64,000 bases of DNA from a bacterium (GTDB lineage: Bacteria; Cyanobacteriota; Vampirovibrionia; Gastranaerophilales; Gastranaerophilaceae). Under the pieces are notes generated by a model that was not told the origin of the DNA, made no database searches, and saw only the letters and a program-made list of their open reading frames with translations. This document shows, one piece after another, positions 1 to 9,213 of the stretch; position 1 is the stretch's first letter; each line of letters opens with the position of its first letter. The translations under genes and the position numbers were made by a program. The stretch lies in the NCBI GenBank assembly GCA_017403285.1, contig JAFQOI010000049.1, forward strand, positions 1,288 through 65,287. The letters are read 5' to 3'.

Positions 1-199
1 TCAAAATATCAAACTTTGCGACATCAGGGGAAACCACTTCTGTAATATTCTCTTTTATAACAGGAGAAGATATATAATTGCGATTTATATTCCCATCTTC
101 ATCAACCTTATGTATTGTACAAACATAATTTACAGGATGTCTAAGACCTTTTCCTTGGACTTTTTCCTGAAACAGAAAACCGACAGCAGAAACTCTCAT
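1..199 (-). CDS. hypothetical protein, N-terminal part only (frame runs off the window start)
   Basis: Hand translation: ATG at 199..197 (minus) opens a frame with no stop down to base 1 (MRVSAVGFLFQEKVQGKGLRHPVNYVCTIHKVDEDGNINRNYISSPVIKENITEVVSPDVAKFDIL...). It is not in the ORF track because it is truncated. No motif recognised. Confidence 0.3.
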   Translation of the reverse strand, partial: MRVSAVGFLFQEKVQGKGLRHPVNYVCTIHKVDEDGNINRNYISSPVIKENITEVVSPDVAKFDIL

Positions 200-280
200 A
201 AAACAACCTCACACAAAAAAGACCACATTATTATTTTAACCGATTTTTTATGCGTTGTCTAGGGTAAAAAAACAAATTGT

Positions 281-1417
281 TTAACGGGTATAAACACGTG
301 ACAATCGCGCTTTTAAACGGCAAATAAGTTCATAATTTATGGTTCCTAATAAACTTGCCCACTCATCTATATGAATATATTCTTTTCCATCTGAACCAAT
401 AAGCGTGATTATATCACCTTCTTTAGCATCAGCACCTGTAATATCAAACATCATCTGGTCCATTGTAATATTTCCAATTTGTTTAACTTTCTTTCCATTT
501 AAAATACCAAAAATTTTATTAGAAAGTCTTCTATCAATTCCATCAGCATATCCTACAGGAATAGTGGCTATAACAATATCTTTGTCAGCAATATAAGTAT
601 GCGAATAACTAACTCCAGTATTTTTGTGGGCATTATGAATATTTATTATTCTCCCTTTAAGGCTCATTGCTGGTATTAAATTAGGTTTTTCGTGACAAGA
701 ATCAGGCAAATCAGGAAATAACCCATGAATTGCAATACCAAGTCGAACCATATTGTAATTATTTACATCATATTTGCTGATAGTTGCGGCAGTATTAAAA
801 CAATGCAACAAAAGACCAGTTGTATTAACTTGAGATAATATATTATTCCAAATTTCTAATTGATTATGTGTCTTTTGGTTATTTTCAGCACAAGCAAAAT
901 GCGTAAAAATTCCTTGCAAGTCAATTGATTCAGTATCTTGAACTTTTTTTATAAACGAAACCGCCTGTTCTTTTGCGACACCAATTCTATTCATACCAGT
1001 GTCAATTTTAATATGTGCTTTTGTTTTTAGTCCGGTTTTCTTATATGTTAAATTTGCCGCTTCAATATGATTTTCTAAAAAAACAGAAAGAGAAATATCA
1101 TTTTGCGCAGCATAATCAAATGCCCAAACAGGAGCGGCACCTAAAACCAAAATGGGGCAACTAAACTTATTATCACGAAGTTCCATTCCTTCATCAATGG
1201 ATGCAACGCCAAGATAATCAACACCAGAAGCCAAAAGAGTCGGAGTTATCATGCTACTTCCATGACCATAAGCATCTGCTTTTACGACTGCCAATATTTT
1301 AGCATCTTTATTCACCAATGATTTTAATGCCAAAATATTTTTTTCGATTGCATCAAGGTTAATTTCAACCCAAGCATCTCTTTTTGTATTTATACTAGAT
1401 AATCTTTGGAATTTCAT
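281..1417 (-). CDS. alr: alanine racemase
   Basis: 378-aa ORF with the PLP-lysine motif VVKADAYGHG near the N-terminus and IPVGYADG in the C-terminal domain. Length is typical of Alr. Confidence 0.93.
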   Translation of the reverse strand: MKFQRLSSINTKRDAWVEINLDAIEKNILALKSLVNKDAKILAVVKADAYGHGSSMITPTLLASGVDYLGVASIDEGMELRDNKFSCPILVLGAAPVWAFDYAAQNDISLSVFLENHIEAANLTYKKTGLKTKAHIKIDTGMNRIGVAKEQAVSFIKKVQDTESIDLQGIFTHFACAENNQKTHNQLEIWNNILSQVNTTGLLLHCFNTAATISKYDVNNYNMVRLGIAIHGLFPDLPDSCHEKPNLIPAMSLKGRIINIHNAHKNTGVSYSHTYIADKDIVIATIPVGYADGIDRRLSNKIFGILNGKKVKQIGNITMDQMMFDITGADAKEGDIITLIGSDGKEYIHIDEWASLLGTINYELICRLKARLSRVYTR

Positions 1418-1531
1418 ATTTACATTTTAGTTGAAAAAGACAAAATATGATACTATTAATTCGACAAAAAAATTTTATGCATACAAATCTTCAATTATTC
1501 TTTTTGTATAATCTATATTAGGAAATAACAA

Positions 1532-3262
1532 ATGGAAAAAATAAAAAATATTCTTACATTCAAATTAAAAATTTCTCATACTTTTTTAATATTGGCATTT
1601 ATAAATATAATTTTATGCGTAATATATTTTGGCAAATTAGGGACTTTTTTTGTTGACATTTCAAGAGAAGTATACATCCCAATGGCAATGAATAATGGAG
1701 ATACATTATATAAAGATATTTTTAACGTATACTCCCCATTGGGATATCAAATAAATGCGTTTATGACCAAATTATTTTCTAATAATTTACATATATTTTA
1801 TTTATTAGGATACATAAATTCAACATTTTTCATTTGTGGATTATATTTAATCTCCCGATTATTTTTTAAAGAAACAAAATATCAAATACCTTTTTATTAT
1901 TGTATATTAATGATTTTTTGCGCAATTTACGCAGTATCAATAACAAACTATATTTTCCCTTATTCATACTCAATGGTTTATGCCTTGACAGCATTTATAT
2001 GGTCATTAGTTTGCCTTTTATACTATGAAAAAAAATGCAATAAAGTACATTTATTCCTTTCATTTCTTGCCTTTGGGGCAAGCATCGCCTTTAAATATGA
2101 ATTTATATTTTTTGGTCTAGTTTTATGCTACTTTTTTTTCAAAAATACTACAGTAAAAGAAAAAATTATTTGCATACTTTCACTTTTAACAATTCCATCA
2201 ATTTCACTTGGAAATTTATTTTTAGATGGAGTAACTTTAAACGATTTAAACACAGCATTAAATCAAATGCTTATACTCTCTAAGAGTACAAGTGTTCATA
2301 ACTTGTATTCTTTTCTGGGATTTATTCCAAACAAATCTAGTTGCATTTCAATAATTGTAAGTTTCATATCTTTTATAGTTTTATGTGCAATTATGATATT
2401 ACCAATAAAAATAGCATCCAAAATCAACAAAAAAATTGCTTTTTCAATTGCCATAATCGTTGAAATTGCAATACTATATTTTTTAAAGAATTATATTTTT
2501 ATTGAAAATAATGCTGGGGTTTTTAATTGGATAGGAATTTTTTCTATAATTGCTTTTTCTATTTTCTTAATAAAAAAACACTCAAATATAGATAAAAATG
2601 ACAAATTATTTTTAATATTGTTTATTTCAACACTTTTAATTTCATTCAAGAGCATATTTTATATAGCAATTAACTCCTATGGTTCATATTATCTTCCACT
2701 TCTCACACTGTGTGTTTTAATATTTTTTACGAAATATACAAAAATAATAACTACAAAATCTACTTTATATCTTATTATCTTTTTTTCAATTTTATTTGGC
2801 TTCTCAAATCACGAAAGATGCAGATTAATTCATAATGTTGGCATTCCTTTTGAAAAAGGAACGATATGGGTTGAAGATTACACCGCAGAAGCCATTTGGA
2901 AAACATACAACTACATAAAAAAAGAAACAAAAAAAGAAGATAAAATATTAGTAATGCCGGAAGGTGCAATGCTTAATTACTTAACGAATAGAAAATCAGA
3001 TAATCAATATTATTATCTATTACCATCAAATGTTGAACTTTTTACTGAAGAAGAAATAGTAAAAAACTTAGAGAACAATCTGCCAGATTACATAATTATG
3101 ATACCAAGGTCCTTTTCTGATTATAAAGAAACCTTCTTTTGCGATAGTTTTGGTCAAAAAATATGTAATTTAATTCCAAAATATTATGAAAACCCAATTT
3201 TACAAAAAGGACACTACGAATACACAATTGCAATATATAAAAAAAGACATGATAAAATATAA
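1532..3262 (+). CDS. polytopic membrane protein, GT-C-fold glycosyltransferase-like (ArnT/PMT-like)
   Basis: 576-aa ORF with many hydrophobic spans followed by a soluble C-terminal region. The layout resembles GT-C glycosyltransferases, but the family cannot be verified by eye. Confidence 0.45.
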   Translation: MEKIKNILTFKLKISHTFLILAFINIILCVIYFGKLGTFFVDISREVYIPMAMNNGDTLYKDIFNVYSPLGYQINAFMTKLFSNNLHIFYLLGYINSTFFICGLYLISRLFFKETKYQIPFYYCILMIFCAIYAVSITNYIFPYSYSMVYALTAFIWSLVCLLYYEKKCNKVHLFLSFLAFGASIAFKYEFIFFGLVLCYFFFKNTTVKEKIICILSLLTIPSISLGNLFLDGVTLNDLNTALNQMLILSKSTSVHNLYSFLGFIPNKSSCISIIVSFISFIVLCAIMILPIKIASKINKKIAFSIAIIVEIAILYFLKNYIFIENNAGVFNWIGIFSIIAFSIFLIKKHSNIDKNDKLFLILFISTLLISFKSIFYIAINSYGSYYLPLLTLCVLIFFTKYTKIITTKSTLYLIIFFSILFGFSNHERCRLIHNVGIPFEKGTIWVEDYTAEAIWKTYNYIKKETKKEDKILVMPEGAMLNYLTNRKSDNQYYYLLPSNVELFTEEEIVKNLENNLPDYIIMIPRSFSDYKETFFCDSFGQKICNLIPKYYENPILQKGHYEYTIAIYKKRHDKI

Positions 3263-3278
3263 TAAAAAAGGTAAAAAT

Positions 3279-3599
3279 ATGGATATTAACGAAAAAATAA
3301 AAATAATAGAAGATATGCAAGCAGTTGTTGAACAAATGCGATTAGATGATATAGAAGAAGACCCATCTCTTGAAGACGAAGTATTTGAATGTTCTTGTTG
3401 CGGAAAAACAAAATGTTTAGCCGGTTCAATTCAATATGGGAAATACAGATTATGTAATGATTGCGTATTACTGGCAGAAACAGGATTTGCCATTGGTAAA
3501 TTTAAAAATGCTGATGAATTAATCAAGGCAATGGAAGATACAAGACTTGAAGAAATGTGCGAATTTATTAAACTTGAGGAAAAAAGAGAAATCAATTAA
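3279..3599 (+). CDS. small Cys-rich (zinc-ribbon-like) protein
   Basis: The internal ATG at 3279 (MDINEKIKIIED...) avoids overlap with the upstream gene. Cys pattern is CSCCGKTKC...CNDC. Its stop overlaps the next start (TAATG at 3597..3601). Confidence 0.55.
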   Translation: MDINEKIKIIEDMQAVVEQMRLDDIEEDPSLEDEVFECSCCGKTKCLAGSIQYGKYRLCNDCVLLAETGFAIGKFKNADELIKAMEDTRLEEMCEFIKLEEKREIN

Positions 3600-4378
3600 T
3601 GAACAGATTAACATATCTTGATACACACACAAAACAAGGAAAGTTATTAAGATGGGCAGAAAGAGCATTTCCGATACCTGTTCATATTGCGAATTGCGCT
3701 TGGTATTCAATGAGTAATGCCGACAGGTATTTATATAAAAACATGGTAATAAAGGCTTTCCAAGAATGGGAAAGAGTAGGAAACGGCAAAATTTCATTTA
3801 TTTTTACAGATGTACTTTCAGACTCACTAATAAATGTTGAATGGAGGAGAGTAGATAGAAAATCACTTGGCACTTGTTATTTTAACTTTGATGCCGACTC
3901 AAGATTGTATTCTGCAGAAGTTTCAATAGGCATATCCGACGGATTAATTTGCCAAAAGTACATGGATGACAACGAGGTCTACCACACAATTTTACATGAA
4001 GTAGGTCACTCTTTAGGATTAGGTCATTCACCAAATAAAAATGACATAATGCATACACCACATCAATATGGACAAATAAATTTATCACAAAGAGATATTG
4101 ATACATTGCAATGGTTATACCACTTTCCAGATGGTTCAACCCTTGAAAGCCTAAATGCAACATATTCTCTGCATTGCACAAGTATTGATGATATTGTTAT
4201 GAAAATTGCCGGTGGAGATGCAATATCAGAATTTGAAAGAACACTGAGAAACATAAAAAAGCCGACAAAAGATTTAGAAGAAGAGCAGGAAAAACTTGCT
4301 CAAATGAAAAAATTTCAAATGTCATTACAAAATATTAAATTACCAAAAGAAATTGCAGATAAATTTAAAGATAGATAA
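3599..4378 (+). CDS. matrixin-like (M10 family) zinc metalloprotease, no signal peptide
   Basis: HEVGHSLGLGHSPNKNDIMH matches the HExxHxxGxxH zinc site, with a following Met. The N-terminus has no hydrophobic signal and the C-terminal ~50 aa are charged and coiled-coil-like. Confidence 0.8.
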   Translation: MNRLTYLDTHTKQGKLLRWAERAFPIPVHIANCAWYSMSNADRYLYKNMVIKAFQEWERVGNGKISFIFTDVLSDSLINVEWRRVDRKSLGTCYFNFDADSRLYSAEVSIGISDGLICQKYMDDNEVYHTILHEVGHSLGLGHSPNKNDIMHTPHQYGQINLSQRDIDTLQWLYHFPDGSTLESLNATYSLHCTSIDDIVMKIAGGDAISEFERTLRNIKKPTKDLEEEQEKLAQMKKFQMSLQNIKLPKEIADKFKDR

Positions 4379-4397
4379 TTTTGTGAGATAATACAAT

Positions 4398-4727
4398 AAA
4401 GAGCAGTCGAACAATCGCGTATGATTTTTTCATATGAGGAAAGTCCGAACACCCAAGGGCATGGCGGCGGATAACATCCGCCAGAGGCAACTCTAGGACA
4501 AGTGCCACAGAAAAGTAAACAACCCATTAGGGTTCAGGTGCAACGGTAGTGTAAAAGACTACCATCGATATTGAGAGATATCGGATGGGTAAACTCCGTC
4601 AGGGTGCAAGATTGAACTAAGGCTAAGGTGACCCGCCATCTTAAAAAAATCGCTAGAGATATTTGGTAACAAGTATTCGAGATAGATGATTGTTTAGAAA
4701 CAGAATTCGGCTTATGAACTGCTCTTT
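4398..4727 (+). ncRNA. rnpB: RNase P RNA, bacterial type A
   Basis: P1 pairing is aaagagcagt...actgctcttt. The universally conserved P4 halves GAGGAAAGTCCGAAC and ACAGAATTCGGCTTATGA are present, with ACAGAAAAGTAAAC between them. GC is locally elevated and a T-run follows the 3' end. Confidence 0.9.
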
Positions 4728-4730
4728 TTT

Positions 4731-5609
4731 TTAATCAAGAACAAGATTATTTTCAATCATATAATTTCTAAGTTGATTGTTCTTTTTAATGTTGTCTGTA
4801 TCATCAGGATATTTTCTAATTGCGAAATCACAAATATCAATGTCTTCAATTGGAGATGCTTTACTAAGCCTGTTTTGCTCAGCAACACTTGTTGTCATAT
4901 CAAACATTCTATCTGCTTCCATTATTGATTGAACTTTTGGATAATTAGAAGCATAAATTTGTTGTGCAGATGCTCTTTTTGACAAAGCAAGATAAGCAGA
5001 CTCTAACAAATGACGTTTAACGGCCTCTTCATAGGAAGAAATTGCAGCCCTTGCCTTTTCGGTAATAGTTTCTTCACCAATACTAACTCTATCAGTTTTA
5101 CCAATTGCTTCCATAATTTCGTATTTTTTCTCAATTAGTTTTTTATGTAATTCAAATCCAACCTTAATTGTATATGCTAATGAAGGATTAAGAGAAATAT
5201 AAGAATTAAGACCAATTATTCTATTCAAATCAGAGGAATCATCAAGTATCAATGGAACACAAGGATAATCCCTATTAATAGGATCTGCCTTCATATTATA
5301 TTGATTAAACATATTTGCTGAAAAAACTTGAACTTCTGGTGGTTTTTCTCTATATTCCAGTCTAGGCCTACCACCATATCCTCTTCTTATAAAACAATCC
5401 TGATTTGGATATAAAGAAGCAATTTTATTTAAAAGTAAAGCATCTCTTTTTAAGAATGTAGAAGAATCGTGCTCTTCAGATACATTACCTAAATCAACAA
5501 CATCTTCAACATAAATTGACTTAAATGATGGTGCTTTAGTTTTTTGAGGGTTTTGAACACTTTTATTTGAGAATGAATTAATTGTAGAAGAAATTGTATT
5601 AATTTTCAT
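4731..5609 (-). CDS. hypothetical protein with N-terminal Ser/Asn-rich tag (..KAPSFKS)
   Basis: 292-aa ORF transcribed divergently from 5764..7622. N-terminus is MKINTISSTINSFSNKSVQNPQKTKAPSFKS. No recognisable domain. Confidence 0.7.
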   Translation of the reverse strand: MKINTISSTINSFSNKSVQNPQKTKAPSFKSIYVEDVVDLGNVSEEHDSSTFLKRDALLLNKIASLYPNQDCFIRRGYGGRPRLEYREKPPEVQVFSANMFNQYNMKADPINRDYPCVPLILDDSSDLNRIIGLNSYISLNPSLAYTIKVGFELHKKLIEKKYEIMEAIGKTDRVSIGEETITEKARAAISSYEEAVKRHLLESAYLALSKRASAQQIYASNYPKVQSIMEADRMFDMTTSVAEQNRLSKASPIEDIDICDFAIRKYPDDTDNIKKNNQLRNYMIENNLVLD

Positions 5610-5763
5610 ACCTTACTCCTATATATACTCCTTAGAAAAAAAAACAATTAAAAAATTGCGCATTAATTAAAATATGTAAAAAAAAATTAACATTTATCAA
5701 TATTTTATCAATTTTTTTATTCATAATACTTTGATACAATGCAAGTGTACCATAGCAGGTAGT

Positions 5764-6513
5764 ATGAAAATAAGTTCGTCTTTCAATAAAAATGACCGAA
5801 ACATAAGCAGTCCGGCATTTAAGGCTGTTCCACCAAATCCTAGATACATTCCAGAGTTTGTTGGAAAAATTGGCAAATACGCTGGTGAGTATATTGACTC
5901 ACCAGAACAAAGACTGTTTTTAGCATTGGCTACAATTGCATTTAAACCATTGATAGATTTAAAATACGCAGACGAAGATAAAAAGGTAGATACAGCGATA
6001 AAATCACTTGCAAAAGGCATTGCCGGAGGACTTACAGGGGTTGCAATTCGTAGCGTCTTTTTGGCAGTTGCAAACAAATATATTGGGTTTGCAGAACAGC
6101 TTACTGGTGATGGAAAATTAAAACCAAGAAACAATATATTAAGTAAACTATTTTTGACGGATAACATTTGCAAAACTTTATCAAAAGAATCACGAAATAT
6201 TGCAGATAAAAGTTTAAAGAAATACCTTAACTCTCTAGGTTCGATTGGTGCTATTGTTTTCATGCTTGCTTTCTCTAACTCAAAAGTTGATGTACCTCTA
6301 ACAAATGACATCCAAGATTTATTTTCTGGCGTAATAAAAGAAGATAAAACTTGGCTAAAATCATTAAAAGATGTAAAAGACAACAGAGTTAAGAAAATTA
6401 GTACTTGGTACCAAAATAAAAAAGCAGCAGTTATCAAATTTATTGAAAAAACAAAAAAGATAATAAAAATAACAAAAGATGAACAACCAGTTCAATCGAA
6501 AGGAGATAAATAA
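5764..6513 (+). CDS. hypothetical protein with N-terminal tag (..SSPAFKA), membrane-associated
   Basis: The start is moved to ATG 5764 (MKISSSFNKNDRNISSPAFKA). The protein has hydrophobic segments (LFLALATIAF, GIAGGLTGVAI, IGAIVFMLAF) and a Lys-rich tail. Composition favours this strand over the 238-aa antisense ORF. Confidence 0.65.
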   Translation: MKISSSFNKNDRNISSPAFKAVPPNPRYIPEFVGKIGKYAGEYIDSPEQRLFLALATIAFKPLIDLKYADEDKKVDTAIKSLAKGIAGGLTGVAIRSVFLAVANKYIGFAEQLTGDGKLKPRNNILSKLFLTDNICKTLSKESRNIADKSLKKYLNSLGSIGAIVFMLAFSNSKVDVPLTNDIQDLFSGVIKEDKTWLKSLKDVKDNRVKKISTWYQNKKAAVIKFIEKTKKIIKITKDEQPVQSKGDK

Positions 6514-7622
6514 TGAGTATTTCTTCTCTTTTCGACAAGATAAAAAGCAATATATCAACTCATACTGAAACTTTAAAAAATGAAAGAGTTTTAGTAAGTT
6601 TTTGGACAAATATAAAAAATAACATATTGGCTCCAGCAAAAAGAGTTCAAGACAAATATATAACCAAAAAAGCTTTTAAAACTGCTTGTCATAAGGCTTC
6701 AGATTTCCTTTTTGATAAAAGTAAAGATACCGCTTTTATCTTACTTGGTTTGACTGCCATTTCTACAATAAGTAGTCATATTGCTCAGATAAATGGATTA
6801 AAGAAAAACAAAAGAGAAAATAGCGAATATCTTATAAATCAAGAATGGCAAGAATTAGGATTAGATATTCTATTAACAATATTTCCACCATTTGTACTTA
6901 AAAATGCATTGTCTAAAAAACTTGACTCAGGACAATGGACAACACGTTCTGCAAGAAAAGCCCTTCTAGACGAAATTGCACCTTCAATTGGTGCATCAAG
7001 AGATGATTTGTATAGCACACAGCACATTGTTTCTCTAAAAAGTACACTTGGTGAATATGGCGCAAAAATAATTAAAAAAATAAGAGAAAATCATACAGTA
7101 AGTCCTAAAGTAGATAAAATACTAAAGAAAATAGAAAATAATAGATACGTAGCACTGCCTGATAAATTAAGAAGAATTCCTCTTCCAAGTTTAGAAAGAG
7201 TAACAGCAGAATTTGACGAAAAGTTGTCAACTGCAACAGATGCAACAAAAAAATTCGCGGAAAAATATCACAACAAGAGTGCACACGCAGAAATTGTAGG
7301 GCAAAACGCAGGGATTGTCGTCCTTGCGACAATTGCTTATACTGTACTTGCAAGTGCAATAATTACTCCTATCGTTAAAAACAAATTATCAAATAGAAGT
7401 ATGCAGAAAAAACTGGAAAAAGAAAAAGCAAAAGCAAACGAACTAGCAGAACAAAGAGAATTTTTAAAAAACACATATAGAGAAGACAGCGATATTTTTG
7501 GAAGTTTTGCTAATATAGACAAAGGTTTAAAAATAGTAGAAACAAAAAAACAAGACAACTTATTTAATAATTTCAATACATTTAATCAAAATCATTCTCA
7601 ATCAGGTAGTTTGAGAATTTAG
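6513..7622 (+). CDS. hypothetical membrane-associated protein
   Basis: 369-aa ORF whose start overlaps the upstream stop (TAATG). N-terminus is MSISSLFDKIKSNIS. It has hydrophobic segments (AFILLGLTAISTI, LDILLTIFPPFVL, GIVVLATIAYTVLASAIITPIV) and a charged coiled-coil-like region. Confidence 0.65.
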   Translation: MSISSLFDKIKSNISTHTETLKNERVLVSFWTNIKNNILAPAKRVQDKYITKKAFKTACHKASDFLFDKSKDTAFILLGLTAISTISSHIAQINGLKKNKRENSEYLINQEWQELGLDILLTIFPPFVLKNALSKKLDSGQWTTRSARKALLDEIAPSIGASRDDLYSTQHIVSLKSTLGEYGAKIIKKIRENHTVSPKVDKILKKIENNRYVALPDKLRRIPLPSLERVTAEFDEKLSTATDATKKFAEKYHNKSAHAEIVGQNAGIVVLATIAYTVLASAIITPIVKNKLSNRSMQKKLEKEKAKANELAEQREFLKNTYREDSDIFGSFANIDKGLKIVETKKQDNLFNNFNTFNQNHSQSGSLRI

Positions 7623-7656
7623 TCTTTTTAATAAAATAATATATAATAAAAAAAAG

Positions 7657-7730
7657 GTGTCCGTAGCTTAAATGGATAGAGCAAAGATCTCCGAAGTCTT
7701 TAGATGTGGGTTCAACTCCCATCGGGCGCA
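7657..7730 (+). tRNA. tRNA-Arg (anticodon CCG)
   Basis: Hand-folded cloverleaf. Acceptor stem is GTGTCCG/CGGGCGC (two G-U pairs). D arm is GCTT-AAATGGATA-GAGC. Anticodon arm is AAGAT-CTCCGAA-GTCTT. T arm is GTGGG-TTCAACT-CCCAT. Discriminator is A and no CCA is encoded. Confidence 0.85.
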
Positions 7731-7796
7731 TTTTAATAGTAGATTTTATATAAAATTTACGCTATAATTCATATATAAGTTTTTAGAAGGTGAAAA

Positions 7797-8144
7797 ATGG
7801 CAAAAGAATTAGATACAGTTCCTATAGAGGTAATTATTTTAACGGCTGACCATGAAATAAAAGGTACAGTTCATGTTTCAAAATATACAAAAACAAATCG
7901 TGAATTAACAGACCTTTTAAACGATAAAGAAAAAAGATTTCTTGCTGTAACAAATGCGGAAATTCTTCTTAGAAATTCAAGTCAACCAGTAAGAAGATAT
8001 AATTTCCTTGAAATACACATTGACTGTATTTTAATGGTTCACCCATCAAGTCAAGTTGTATTTAGAGAATCAGGAAAAGCACAAGAAGATATTGCTCGTT
8101 TTCGTGAATTAAGACATAAATTAAATCAAACAAAACCATTCTAA
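7797..8144 (+). CDS. hypothetical protein (115 aa)
   Basis: The ORF ends 1 nt before the heptosyltransferase start and is probably co-transcribed with it. No motif recognised. Confidence 0.6.
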   Translation: MAKELDTVPIEVIILTADHEIKGTVHVSKYTKTNRELTDLLNDKEKRFLAVTNAEILLRNSSQPVRRYNFLEIHIDCILMVHPSSQVVFRESGKAQEDIARFRELRHKLNQTKPF

Positions 8145-8145
8145 T

Positions 8146-9135
8146 ATGACGACTTATAAAAATATTTTACTTATTAACTTTGGCGGGATTGGGGATGAAA
8201 TACTTTTCCTGCCTGTAATTCAGTCTTTAAAAAAGACATATCCTGATAGCAAAATAACTCTTTGTTTAGAGGAAAGAAGTGCTGCATTCTTAAAGCTCAC
8301 AAAGATTATAGACAATTCTTTTTATGCAAACATAAAAACAAAAAACAAATATATAGAAATGCTCAAACTCTATTTTAAAGCATTAATAGGTGGATACGAC
8401 CTTGTAATTTCAGCAGGAAGCAATCCATTAATATCAATAATGTTATTTTTTACTGGTATAAAAACAAGAGTTGGTTTCGCTCAATCAAATATTTCAAAAA
8501 AACTTTTGACACACCCTATACATTTAAACAAAAATCAATATGCATCAAATATGTATTTTGACCTTGTAAAACCAATTACAAATGACAATTTTGAACTCCC
8601 TAAAATAGAAGTTGAAGAAGAAGAAAAAATCACAAATTCCATTCTTATACACCCCGGAGTAAGCAAAATAAGCCTGATGAAAAATATAGTAAAAATTTTC
8701 GGTCCAGATGTTTGGGGAAAATTAATCATTGAATTACTAAAATCAAACAAAAACGTTTATTTAGCTGGCGGTCCCGACGATGAAGACTGCATTATAAAAA
8801 TAAGAGAATATTTAAAAAATGAAGATTTAACTAATTTTACCGATTTATATAGAAAAACAAAAAACATATACGACTTAGCGAAACAAATTAAAAGATCAGA
8901 AGTTTTAATATGCTCTGATTCTGCACCAATGCACATTGGAGTTGCAACTAATACAAAAACAATAGCAATTTTTGGACCAACAGATAATGAAACATTATTA
9001 CCAAAATCAAATAATTTTATAGCCATAACAAATAATGCAAAGTGTCGTCCTTGTTTATGGAACAAAAGACAAACAACTTGCGAAAAAATAAATTGCCTAG
9101 ACATTGATATAAATGATATTTTAGCCCGAATTTAA
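8146..9135 (+). CDS. glycosyltransferase family 9 (LPS heptosyltransferase-like)
   Basis: The N-terminus ILLINFGGIGDEILFLPVIQSLKKTYPDSKITL and the C-terminal CSDSAPMHIGVATNTKTIAIFGPTD are the characteristic GT9 motifs. Confidence 0.85.
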   Translation: MTTYKNILLINFGGIGDEILFLPVIQSLKKTYPDSKITLCLEERSAAFLKLTKIIDNSFYANIKTKNKYIEMLKLYFKALIGGYDLVISAGSNPLISIMLFFTGIKTRVGFAQSNISKKLLTHPIHLNKNQYASNMYFDLVKPITNDNFELPKIEVEEEEKITNSILIHPGVSKISLMKNIVKIFGPDVWGKLIIELLKSNKNVYLAGGPDDEDCIIKIREYLKNEDLTNFTDLYRKTKNIYDLAKQIKRSEVLICSDSAPMHIGVATNTKTIAIFGPTDNETLLPKSNNFIAITNNAKCRPCLWNKRQTTCEKINCLDIDINDILARI

Positions 9136-9213
9136 ATTAACAAAACTTAATTTTTAAAATTTTGATAACAAAGAAATTTATTTGAGGTTTTATTAATTAA
9201 ACAGGAGGGTAAT

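Noticed and set aside
3186-3278. N-terminal extension of the zinc-ribbon ORF overlapping the 3' end of the upstream membrane protein by 77 nt
   Set aside because: The extension is Lys/Asn-rich filler in the alternative frame of a real gene. The internal ATG at 3279 gives a non-overlapping gene.
4315-4527. 70-aa minus-strand ORF
   Set aside because: It lies across the 5' half of the RNase P RNA gene. The locally high GC removes stop codons, so it is not coding.
5721-6437. 238-aa ORF on the minus strand fully antisense to 5764..6513
   Set aside because: Its composition (Phe/Ser/Leu-rich, few charged residues) is what the reverse complement of a Lys/Glu/Asn-rich AT-rich gene produces. The plus-strand ORF has a coherent start, is coupled to the next gene and has normal composition. 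I treat it as a shadow ORF, although its length is unusual for such an AT-rich genome.
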